The position numbers were made by a program, and so were the translations under genes. A stretch of DNA of 33,976 bases from an uncultured Gammaproteobacteria bacterium (lineage in GTDB: Bacteria; Patescibacteriota; Microgenomatia; JAMCZE01): positions 1 through 33,976 of the forward strand of contig CAZRUW010000099.1 in the NCBI GenBank assembly GCA_964603445.1, read 5' to 3'. The notes below the pieces were generated by a model, which was given only the letters and a program-made list of their open reading frames with translations, was not told where the DNA came from and ran no database searches. This document shows positions 1 to 6,711 of this stretch, one piece after another; the first letter of the stretch is position 1; each line of letters begins with the position of its first letter.

Positions 1-3
1 TAA

Positions 4-708
4 TTAGTAGCCTTCGGCAGTGTATTTTTTCTCAATGAAGAGAACCTTGTTTTGGTCGTACCAGTCAAAAGCGGTTAAAATATCGGGGAAAATATTTGGC
101 AATTTCATAATTTCTTCTTTGGTGCACCAAAGATTCTTTCCACCCTCGATGGTCTCTACAAACTTCCCGGAAAACCGATCAATGCGAAGACGGAAGAAAT
201 ATTTGTCTTCCAGCAGTTCTTGTAAGTTATTGTAATCCATCTTGTGATAAACACCTAAAACTGTCATCTTTAGGGCAAGAAGTCCTGTTTCTTCTTGAAA
301 TTCTCGAGCGGCAGCTTCAGTTACTTTCTCTCCCCACCGAATTTTCCCAGTGACCACCCCGTGATAGCCAAAATATGGCTGTTTCAGTCGCTGTTGAATG
401 AGGTAGTACTTCTTACCTTTAATTATCTTTATTGCCGTGATGGCTAGAGCCAACTTTGCTTGGCGTTCCAGAACAATCTTTTCCGTGTCGAAACGGTTGG
501 CAAATTCTTTGCCCCGCAAGGTCAAGCCGTATTTTTGGCTTTTTAACTTTTCCAAAAGACCGGCGTCAAGAAGGGCTTTAAGATGAAAATTAAATTGGTC
601 TGTGGAGATTTTGTCGGGGTTAAGTTCTGTAAATCGGGCTTCTGTTTGAAAAAGAAGAACTTTGAGAATTTTCCCCTGAACCGGGTGGATCTCAAGAACA
701 GGTTTCAT
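4..708 (-). CDS. winged-helix (N-terminal) + Nudix hydrolase (C-terminal) protein
   Basis: 234-aa ORF with ATG at 706-708. It has a complete Nudix box, GKIRWGEKVTEAAAREFQEETGL (Gx5Ex7REUxEExGU). The N-terminal ~70 aa look wHTH-like. Confidence 0.8.
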   Translation of the reverse strand: MKPVLEIHPVQGKILKVLLFQTEARFTELNPDKISTDQFNFHLKALLDAGLLEKLKSQKYGLTLRGKEFANRFDTEKIVLERQAKLALAITAIKIIKGKKYYLIQQRLKQPYFGYHGVVTGKIRWGEKVTEAAAREFQEETGLLALKMTVLGVYHKMDYNNLQELLEDKYFFRLRIDRFSGKFVETIEGGKNLWCTKEEIMKLPNIFPDILTAFDWYDQNKVLFIEKKYTAEGY

Positions 709-715
709 TGACCAT

Positions 716-743
716 ATTCTACCTGATTAGATCTACTGTTCAA
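716..743 (-). promoter_or_regulatory. candidate sigma70-type promoter for the Nudix gene (TTGAAC-N16-TAGAAT)
   Basis: Minus strand reads TTGAAC (738-743), a 16-nt spacer, then TAGAAT (716-721), ending 7 nt before the ATG. This would give a near-leaderless transcript. Confidence 0.35.
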
Positions 744-760
744 GTGAAGTGAACTTCAGT

Positions 761-792
761 AAAATCTCGAGCGGGCGAAGCGACCCGAGGGA
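761..792 (-). terminator. candidate intrinsic terminator after rpsI
   Basis: Minus strand reads CCCTCGGGTCGCTTCGCCCGCTCGAG followed by ATTTT. This is a GC-rich imperfect hairpin plus a short U-run about 25 nt after the rpsI stop. Confidence 0.4.
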
Positions 793-818
793 TCTAGATT
801 CCTCCACTTCGGCCGGAA

Positions 819-1325
819 TTATCGTTTGGGAGATTGTTTTTGTTTTCTAGCTCCCATGAGGCCTGGCTTTTTGCGCTCCTTGGCCCGAGGATCACGAGTA
901 ATAAAGCCTTTTTTTCGAAGAATCGGCTTGAATTTGGGGTCAACAGTGCAGAGAGCTCGGGAAATAGCCAGAATGACAGCTCCCAGTTGACCACTTTTAC
1001 CGGAGCCTTCGACCAAAACGGTAGTGATAAACCGACTGGCAGTGTTGGTTGTCCGGAAAACCTCGGTGTACTGGGCCCTGGCAAATGGGTCGGGAAAGTA
1101 TTTTTCAATCGGAAGATTGTTAACATAGACATCCCCTTTGGAAAGCTTTTGCCCTCCGACGACAATTTCCTGGTTGGGAAGATAAAGCCTGGCCCGAGCG
1201 GTAGCGGTTTTCCGGCGCCCGTTTCCAAAATAGACACCGGGTTTTTTTGTTTTCCCAACAGCTCCCGCTTCCGGGTTTACTGCCGGGATGGAAGGGATTG
1301 GTTCTTCAAGTTTCTTTTTTGGCAT
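819..1325 (-). CDS. rpsI: 30S ribosomal protein S9
   Basis: Contains GRRKTATARARLY and a C-terminal basic ...SPKR end. It has a ~35-aa N-terminal extension and sits in the L13-S9 pair. Confidence 0.95.
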   Translation of the reverse strand: MPKKKLEEPIPSIPAVNPEAGAVGKTKKPGVYFGNGRRKTATARARLYLPNQEIVVGGQKLSKGDVYVNNLPIEKYFPDPFARAQYTEVFRTTNTASRFITTVLVEGSGKSGQLGAVILAISRALCTVDPKFKPILRKKGFITRDPRAKERKKPGLMGARKQKQSPKR

Positions 1326-1334
1326 ACTGGTATT

Positions 1335-1706
1335 TTAACCTTTTACTTCTAATCGGGAAATCCAAATCCGCTGTAATTTATTCTTTGGCAACATCCCCTC
1401 GACGGCGTGGTAAATAACTTCTGCTGGATTTTGCTCCCTCACAGTTTTGAGGGTTTTGGTTTTCAAACCCCCAGGGTAACCGCTGAATCGGGTGTAAGTT
1501 TTAGTGGTATCTTTCTTGCCGGTTGTTTTTACCTTGGAAGCATTGGTGACCGTGACGAAATCACCACAATCCAGGCGCCGGACAAAATAGGGCTTACCTT
1601 TACCGACAAGCAGAAGCGCCACTTGCGTGGCTAACCGGCCAAGAATTTTTCCTTTGGCATCAATTTCATGTTTCTCGTGTTTAATGTCAGACAACTTAGT
1701 AATCAT
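1335..1706 (-). CDS. rplM: 50S ribosomal protein L13
   Basis: Contains KGKILGRLATQVALLLVGKGKPYF and lies directly upstream of rpsI. Confidence 0.95.
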   Translation of the reverse strand: MITKLSDIKHEKHEIDAKGKILGRLATQVALLLVGKGKPYFVRRLDCGDFVTVTNASKVKTTGKKDTTKTYTRFSGYPGGLKTKTLKTVREQNPAEVIYHAVEGMLPKNKLQRIWISRLEVKG

Positions 1707-1715
1707 ACGAAAAAG

Positions 1716-2177
1716 CTATAAATCTTTCTTTTTGACGGTTCTCTTTTTTCCTGTTTCTGCCTTCTTAACTTGGATCTCACCACTTGAATCTTTTGTCGCG
1801 TTCTTCGTGGGTGGAATCTCTACTCCTTCAACCAACTCTAGAATGACTTTCTCCGTGGTGTCGGAAAAACGCTGCCCCAGGCGAATTATTCGGGTGTAGC
1901 CGGAATTACGATTAGAAAACTTCGGAGCAACCTCCGAAAATAATTTTTTGGAAAGTTTGTCATCGCCCATGATTTTGACAACCTCACGCTTTGCCGAGAT
2001 GGTATTTTTCTTGGCAAAGTTTAAAACATGGTCAATCAAACCGGTTACAGATTTTGCTTTCGCCAGAGTCGTTTCAATTTTGCCATGGTCCAAGAGCTCG
2101 AAAACAAGACTGCGATACAGGGCTCTCGCCTGCTTCATGTTTCGACCCAACTGATTTCCAAAAACTTTATGCCTCAT
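1716..2177 (-). CDS. rplQ: 50S ribosomal protein L17
   Basis: N-terminus is MRHKVFGNQLGRNMKQARALYRSL, and the gene follows rpoA. It has a Lys-rich C-terminal tail. Confidence 0.95.
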   Translation of the reverse strand: MRHKVFGNQLGRNMKQARALYRSLVFELLDHGKIETTLAKAKSVTGLIDHVLNFAKKNTISAKREVVKIMGDDKLSKKLFSEVAPKFSNRNSGYTRIIRLGQRFSDTTEKVILELVEGVEIPPTKNATKDSSGEIQVKKAETGKKRTVKKKDL

Positions 2178-2184
2178 AAATCAT

Positions 2185-2297
2185 GAGTAATCTCGAATAC
2201 ATGAATCTAAAACCGATATACAAATATACTAATATACTAATCTGTCGTTATTCGTATATTGGTATATCGGAATAAATTAGAATATTAGAGATTACTC
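2185..2297. repeat. long imperfect inverted repeat filling the rpoA-rplQ spacer
   Basis: Outer arms are 2185-2199 GAGTAATCTCGAATA and the reverse complement of 2283-2297 (14/15 match). Inner arms are 2213-2229 CCGATATACAAATATAC and the reverse complement of 2254-2270 (16/17 match). Confidence 0.85.
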
Positions 2298-2298
2298 T

Positions 2299-3219
2299 TT
2301 ATACTGTCAGAGCGACTCCTTTTTCCCGGAGTTTCTCCTCAACAATGGAAAGAGATTTGCCACCCAGATTTTTGATCTTTAACAGATCCTTTCTGGGTGT
2401 CCCGAGGAGCTGTCCCACGGTTTCTATGCCGCCGTTTTTCAGCGCGTTCTCCAGTCTGGTCGGCAGGTCCAATTCCTCGATGAGCATTTTGAGAACGTCA
2501 TCGGAAACTGTCGGGCTGACAGCCACATTGGCTTCCTGAGCCTCCGCTTTGGGTTCATAAATCTGGAGGAAATAGGAAACCAGGATTTTGGCCGCCTGCT
2601 TAAGGGCATCGGCCGGGGTGATAGTCCCGTCAGTCCAGATTTCCATGACCAAACGGTCCAGGTTGGTTTGCCGGCCTACCCGAGTGGCTTCCTGGCGATA
2701 GTTAACCCTAAGCACAGGTGTAAAGGCCGCGTCCAAAGGGATAAGACCGATCTGGCCGGTCCGGCGTTCTTCACTTGGAGAATAGCCGTAGCCGCTTTCC
2801 ACCGTCATTTCGGCGGAAATCTTTGACTTTTTGTCAGCCAAAGTTCCCAGATAAAGGTCGAGGTTGGCAATCTCGACACTGGACGGGACAGTGATATCTT
2901 TGGCAGTGACCTTACCTGGGCCGGTGGCTTCAAGGCGCAAAACAGCCTTGTTGCCATCAACCAGACGAACACGGAGTTTTTTCAAATTGAGGACAAACTC
3001 CACGATATCTTCCTTCAATCCCTCAAGGGACTGAAATTGATGCCGGACCCCTTCAATGGTGACACTGGTGACAGCCGCCCCGGGAAGGGAAGATAAAAGA
3101 ACGCGCCGAAGCGCGTTGCCCAAAGTATGGGCATAGCCGGTTTCCAGAGGTTCAATAATGAAACGGCCATAGGTCTCGGTTGTTTCCTCGGTCTTGACCT
3201 TAAAAATGGGATCTAACAT
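2299..3219 (-). CDS. rpoA: DNA-directed RNA polymerase alpha subunit
   Basis: 306 aa. The N-terminal domain has GYAHTLGNALRRVLLSSLPGAAV and the C-terminal domain has ELDLPTRLENALKNGGIETVGQL. Confidence 0.96.
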   Translation of the reverse strand: MLDPIFKVKTEETTETYGRFIIEPLETGYAHTLGNALRRVLLSSLPGAAVTSVTIEGVRHQFQSLEGLKEDIVEFVLNLKKLRVRLVDGNKAVLRLEATGPGKVTAKDITVPSSVEIANLDLYLGTLADKKSKISAEMTVESGYGYSPSEERRTGQIGLIPLDAAFTPVLRVNYRQEATRVGRQTNLDRLVMEIWTDGTITPADALKQAAKILVSYFLQIYEPKAEAQEANVAVSPTVSDDVLKMLIEELDLPTRLENALKNGGIETVGQLLGTPRKDLLKIKNLGGKSLSIVEEKLREKGVALTV

Positions 3220-3270
3220 ACATTCAAGAGTAATCTCGAATATAAGAACCTTGAGCTTTCGTTCAAGAAC

Positions 3271-3302
3271 CTTGCGGTCCTCGGCTTCGCCTGCGGGCCT
3301 AA
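3271..3302 (+). repeat. copy of the GNUCC/GGGNC hairpin element, in inverted orientation relative to the other copies
   Basis: The plus strand reads CTTGCGGTCCTCGGCTTCGCCTGCGGGCCTAA. This is the form the other copies show on the minus strand. Confidence 0.75.
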
Positions 3303-3326
3303 CAAATTTATTTGAAAATTGATTTG

Positions 3327-3376
3327 TTAGCCCTGAACACGATTAGTGCTCAGGCGCAAGCAACAAAGTTGCTTAT
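3327..3376 (-). repeat. divergent copy of the hairpin element
   Basis: The plus strand reads TTAGCCCTGAACACGATTAGTGCTCAGGCGCAAGCAACAAAGTTGCTTAT. It shares the TTAGCCC..GCGCAAGC..GCTTAT flanks with the 29772 copy and has its own apical stem. Confidence 0.55.
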
Positions 3377-3392
3377 ATTAGCGATTACTCTT

Positions 3393-3998
3393 TCATCTTG
3401 AATAATGCTCAATAATTAACTGTTCGTTTACTTCGGTCGGAATTTCATCACGGGAAGGAATTTTGACAAGCCTTCCGGCGCCAGCTTTCCTTTCGTAATA
3501 ACTGGGGACTTTTGGCTCTTCGACTTCCAATAGTTTTTTGACAGCAGGAATTTCCAAAGCCTTAGAAGAAAGGGAGACAACCTGATTGACTTTTAAAAGA
3601 TAGGAGGGAATGGCCATCTTTTTCCCATCGACCTGGACATGGCCATGGGAGACAATCTGTCTGGCCAAGTTCCGGGATGGAGTAAACCCGAGTCGATAGA
3701 TGGCGTTGTCGAGACGTCTTTCTAAAAGCTGGAGGAGAGCCTCGCCGGTTTTTCCTTTGACTTTGGTGGCCACGGAAAAATAGTTTCGAAACTGCTTTTC
3801 CATGAGTCCGTAGATTTTCTTAGCTTTTTGTTTTTCTCGAAGCTGAGAAGCAAATTCGGAAGGTTTTCGGTGCCCTTTAACACCATGAGCTCCCGGAGGA
3901 ACGTTAAGCCTGCGGGCAAGCGAGTTGCTGTCCTTTTCCAGAACATTAAAATTTTCCCTTCTGGCTAGTCGGTGTTTTGGTCCCGTATACCTTGCCAT
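3393..3998 (-). CDS. rpsD: 30S ribosomal protein S4
   Basis: N-terminus is MARYTGPKHRLARR. I chose the ATG at 3996-3998; the ORF track starts 2 codons earlier at a TTG. Confidence 0.95.
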   Translation of the reverse strand: MARYTGPKHRLARRENFNVLEKDSNSLARRLNVPPGAHGVKGHRKPSEFASQLREKQKAKKIYGLMEKQFRNYFSVATKVKGKTGEALLQLLERRLDNAIYRLGFTPSRNLARQIVSHGHVQVDGKKMAIPSYLLKVNQVVSLSSKALEIPAVKKLLEVEEPKVPSYYERKAGAGRLVKIPSRDEIPTEVNEQLIIEHYSR

Positions 3999-4051
3999 CA
4001 ACAAAAAATTCTAAGAAACAAGAAACAAACTTGAAAATTAATTATTGATTA

Positions 4052-4141
4052 TATTCATCAGCCTCTAATTTACAAAGGTCTTGATGAATAATACCCATCG
4101 AAATGCGGGAAACGCCTGACAGTTTACCTTATGATGGGTAT
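4052..4141 (-). promoter_or_regulatory. two 9-bp stem-loops in the rpsK-rpsD spacer, a possible rpsD leader structure
   Basis: Stem 1 pairs 4052-4060 TATTCATCA with 4082-4090 TGATGAATA. Stem 2 pairs 4091-4099 ATACCCATC with 4133-4141 GATGGGTAT and encloses GCG-GGAAA-CGC. Confidence 0.5.
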
Positions 4142-4173
4142 ATTACTTTGTATCTTGTATCTTGGTTATTTAA

Positions 4174-4590
4174 TTAAACGCGCCTTTTCTTCTTTGGTCT
4201 TGGCCCATTGTGCGGAATCGGCGTCACATCAGCGATTAAAGTGATGGAAAAGCCAATGGTTTTCAAAGCCCGCAGGGCGGCGTCTCTTCCCGCACCGGGA
4301 CCTTTAATATAGACCTCCACTTCCCTGACTCCCATGTCCCAAGCTTTCCGACCCACATTTTCGACAGCGGTAGTGGCCGCAAACGGGGTCGATTTTCGAG
4401 CTCCTTTAAACCCTGAGGCCCCGCTGCTTCCGGACAAGACGGTGTTTCCAGAAGGATCGGTAACGGTCACCAAAGTATTGTTGAAGGTCGCGGTGACGTA
4501 AACTCGAGCCGCTGTCAGCTGCCTGGCCGAACGGGATTTTTTAATGACAGTTGTTTCCTCTTTTTTTGTTTTCTCCTTTGCTTTAGGCAT
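4174..4590 (-). CDS. rpsK: 30S ribosomal protein S11
   Basis: Contains TATFNNTLVTVTDPSGN...GSSGASGFKGARKSTPFAA. I chose the ATG at 4588-4590; the track ORF extends 6 codons into the repeat spacer. Confidence 0.94.
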   Translation of the reverse strand: MPKAKEKTKKEETTVIKKSRSARQLTAARVYVTATFNNTLVTVTDPSGNTVLSGSSGASGFKGARKSTPFAATTAVENVGRKAWDMGVREVEVYIKGPGAGRDAALRALKTIGFSITLIADVTPIPHNGPRPKKKRRV

Positions 4591-4596
4591 ATTTCG

Positions 4597-4647
4597 GTCA
4601 TTTGTCATTCGTCATTGGTCATTGGCAAATGACTAGTAACTAGTGAC
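4597..4647. repeat. 7-nt-periodic array GTCATTN x4 followed by inverted copies
   Basis: GTCATT starts at 4597, 4604, 4611 and 4618. Inverted copies follow: AATGAC at 4628-4633, then TAGTAAC and TAGTGAC (4641-4647). Confidence 0.85.
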
Positions 4648-4657
4648 TAATCCCGGT

Positions 4658-5086
4658 TCATTTCTTTGTTTCTTTCTCTCCCGGCGTTTCTTTAGCAATT
4701 ATTCCCATTTTTTCTGCCAGTTCTTTCTTGATGGCGCCGATGGTTACCCGCTTTCCCCGCTTCGTTCGGGCGTTAGACCGGGTTCGTTGACCTCTGACCG
4801 GCAGATTGCGGGAGTGACGAATCCCCCGGTAACTGCCAATCTGTTTAAGAGCGGCGATATTGGCATGCACTTCGGATCGCAAGTCTCCCTCTACTTTGAC
4901 AGTGTCCAGGACTTTCTGAATTCGGGCAACTTCCTCTTCAGTTAAATCCTTGACTCTTTTGGCCGGATCGACTTCGGCTGTGCTCAGAAATCCGACCACA
5001 TTCGACCTGCCTACTCCGTAGAGCCGGGTCAGGGCAATATCCACTCGTTTGTTGTTGTCTAAGTCCAGTCCAGAAATTCTTGGCAA
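4658..5086 (-). CDS. rpsM: 30S ribosomal protein S13
   Basis: Begins (M)PRISGLDLD...ALTRLYGVGRS. The start codon is TTG at 5084-5086, with no in-frame ATG nearby. Confidence 0.94.
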   Translation of the reverse strand: MPRISGLDLDNNKRVDIALTRLYGVGRSNVVGFLSTAEVDPAKRVKDLTEEEVARIQKVLDTVKVEGDLRSEVHANIAALKQIGSYRGIRHSRNLPVRGQRTRSNARTKRGKRVTIGAIKKELAEKMGIIAKETPGEKETKK

Positions 5087-5090
5087 TTTA

Positions 5091-5156
5091 GTTCACGGTT
5101 CACTGTTCACGGTTCACGGTAATTTTTATCTACTGTGAACCCGGTTTACTGTGAAC
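5091..5156. repeat. 7-nt-periodic array GTTCACN x4 followed by inverted GTGAAC copies
   Basis: GTTCAC starts at 5091, 5098, 5105 and 5112. GTGAAC occurs at 5135-5140 and 5151-5156. Confidence 0.85.
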
Positions 5157-5164
5157 TCGGTTTA

Positions 5165-5278
5165 CTACCCTTGACGCTGTTTATGTCTTGGGTTCTCACA
5201 AATGACATAAATTCGCCCTTTGCGGCGAATAATTTTGCACTTAGCACATCTGGGTTTTACGCTGGCTTGTACCTTCAA
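5165..5278 (-). CDS. rpmJ: 50S ribosomal protein L36 (absent from the ORF track)
   Basis: Hand translation of the minus strand gives [42 protein letters not shown] (37 aa). It has the CxxC...C...H zinc motif and the canonical infA-rpmJ-rpsM position. Confidence 0.92.
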   Translation of the reverse strand: MKVQASVKPRCAKCKIIRRKGRIYVICENPRHKQRQG

Positions 5279-5319
5279 TTCACTAGACAATAGAGGATCG
5301 AAGATTGAAAATAGTAGTA

Positions 5320-5397
5320 GACGATGGAAGACAGAGGATAGACTTTTTCTATCTTCTACTTTCTATCATCTCGACCTATCTTCCACCTTCTATCATC
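5320..5397. repeat. three copies (one inverted, two direct) of a ~22-nt unit with 7-nt sub-periodicity
   Basis: 5349-5370 CTATCTTCTACTTTCTATCATC and 5376-5397 CTATCTTCCACCTTCTATCATC are direct copies. 5320-5341 GACGATGGAAGACAGAGGATAG is the inverted copy. The heptads follow CTAYCWT. Confidence 0.85.
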
Positions 5398-5406
5398 TAT
5401 CGTCCA

Positions 5407-5625
5407 TTACTTTGATCTATATACGATTCTTCCCCTCGTCGTGTCGTAAGGTGTCATTTCCACTTTGACTTTGTCTCCGGGAATAATTTTGATGTGATGC
5501 AGGCGCATTTTTCCGGAAAGCACACCAAGAATAATTCTTCCGTCCACAAGTTGAATCTTGAACATCGTGTTGGGCAAATTCTCCAGGACTGTCCCGTCAA
5601 ATTCCGTCGTTCCTTGGTGGGCCAT
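5407..5625 (-). CDS. infA: translation initiation factor IF-1
   Basis: 72 aa with the S1-like motif [24 protein letters not shown]. Confidence 0.95.
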   Translation of the reverse strand: MAHQGTTEFDGTVLENLPNTMFKIQLVDGRIILGVLSGKMRLHHIKIIPGDKVKVEMTPYDTTRGRIVYRSK

Positions 5626-5679
5626 TTCTTGTGAACAAAAAAACCTGGCCCAAGTATTCCTATTCTTAGGCTAGGCGAT

Positions 5680-5736
5680 TTAGGCCCGCACCCTGAGACA
5701 TCTCGAAGGGGAGGACCGCAATCACGAAGTGATTAT
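5680..5736 (-). repeat. copy of the GNUCC/GGGNC hairpin element (map|infA junction)
   Basis: The plus strand reads TTAGGCCCGCACCCTGAGACATCTCGAAGGGGAGGACCGCAATCACGAAGTGATTAT. The second hairpin (AATCAC-GAA-GTGATT) overlaps the map stop codon. Confidence 0.8.
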
Positions 5737-6527
5737 ATTGTATTTGCCACCTTGTTGGCAAGAGTCAGTATCTGGGGGCCGTTTTCGGTCACCGCGACGG
5801 TGTGCTCAAATAATCCGGAGGGCAGCCCGTCCCGGGTAACGATAGTCCAGCCGTCATTATTGTCATAAACTACGGCGGATGCGCCCATGTTGTAAATGAC
5901 TTCGACTGCAAAAACCATCCCTTTCTTAATTTCCGGAGTGTTTTCGATGCGACCCCGGAGGTAACAGGGAATTTCCGGATCCTCATGAAGCTGCCTGCCA
6001 ACCCCATGGCCGACCAGTTGTTTGACACAACTGTATCCTCCACCTTCAATGGTATCCTGAATAGCTTTGGAGATGTTACCAATGTGGTTTCCCGGGACAC
6101 ACTTCTTTATGGCCTCTTTGAGAGCATTCTCTCCAACCTTTAAAAATTTCTCTATTTCTTCATTCTTTCTTCCCTCTTCTCTTTTCTCTTTTATTTGTGT
6201 GGTCCAGCTGGCATCAGTGTGGAAACCCTGGTAGAAAACCCCTAAGTCTACCCCCAAAACATCACCCTCCTGTAATTTATAGTCAGTAGGTATTCCGTGA
6301 ACCACCATATCATTGACGCACATGCAGGAGGCAAAATGATACCCTTGTTCCATTTTAAAGGAGGGTTTAGCCCCGGCGGAGATAATTAAATCCTCGGCGT
6401 ACCTGTCCAGTTCCAGGGTGGTTACGCCAGCAACAGCTTTTTTTAAAACCTGACGAACCACGTCCCCCAGAATTCTTCCTCCAGAATGCATAATTTTAAT
6501 TTCAGTAGGAAATTTTATATTAATCAT
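5733..6527 (-). CDS. map: type I methionine aminopeptidase
   Basis: 264 aa with MetAP metal-ligand blocks (VVHGIP, DLGV, GHGVG, FAVEV, EHTVAVT). Confidence 0.93.
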   Translation of the reverse strand: MINIKFPTEIKIMHSGGRILGDVVRQVLKKAVAGVTTLELDRYAEDLIISAGAKPSFKMEQGYHFASCMCVNDMVVHGIPTDYKLQEGDVLGVDLGVFYQGFHTDASWTTQIKEKREEGRKNEEIEKFLKVGENALKEAIKKCVPGNHIGNISKAIQDTIEGGGYSCVKQLVGHGVGRQLHEDPEIPCYLRGRIENTPEIKKGMVFAVEVIYNMGASAVVYDNNDGWTIVTRDGLPSGLFEHTVAVTENGPQILTLANKVANTI

Positions 6528-6629
6528 TATTGACTTTATTGTTTGTATTGGGCTTTTTTTGGCGGCTCATGTCTGACCCGCAGTCGAAAAGTATTCTCAG
6601 TTCTTATGCCCAATCTATAGACCCAATCT

Positions 6630-6657
6630 GGTTTCCTTCCGGGAGGAACGGGAAACC
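6630..6657. other. 11-bp bulged hairpin in the adk-map spacer
   Basis: GGTTTCC-TTCC-GGGA-GGAA-CG-GGAAACC. The outer stem is 7 bp and the inner stem 4 bp. Confidence 0.6.
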
Positions 6658-6711
6658 TTTGATGTCTATTCCAAGCGGCTTCTGCTTCTTTATCATCCGG
6701 ACGCAGTACTG

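Larger units (their letters stand above)
3226..3392. repeat. 21-nt terminal inverted repeat closing the rpsD-rpoA spacer
   Basis: 3226-3246 AAGAGTAATCTCGAATATAAG matches the reverse complement of 3372-3392, AAGAGTAATCGCTAATATAAG (19/21). It uses the same motif as the 2185/2297 arms. Confidence 0.85.

Noticed and set aside
4597-5397. I asked whether the short periodic repeats could be a CRISPR array.
   Set aside because: The repeat unit is 7 nt (or ~22 nt in 3 copies) with no unique spacers of 25-40 nt. The arrays lie between essential genes and are palindromic. No cas genes are present.
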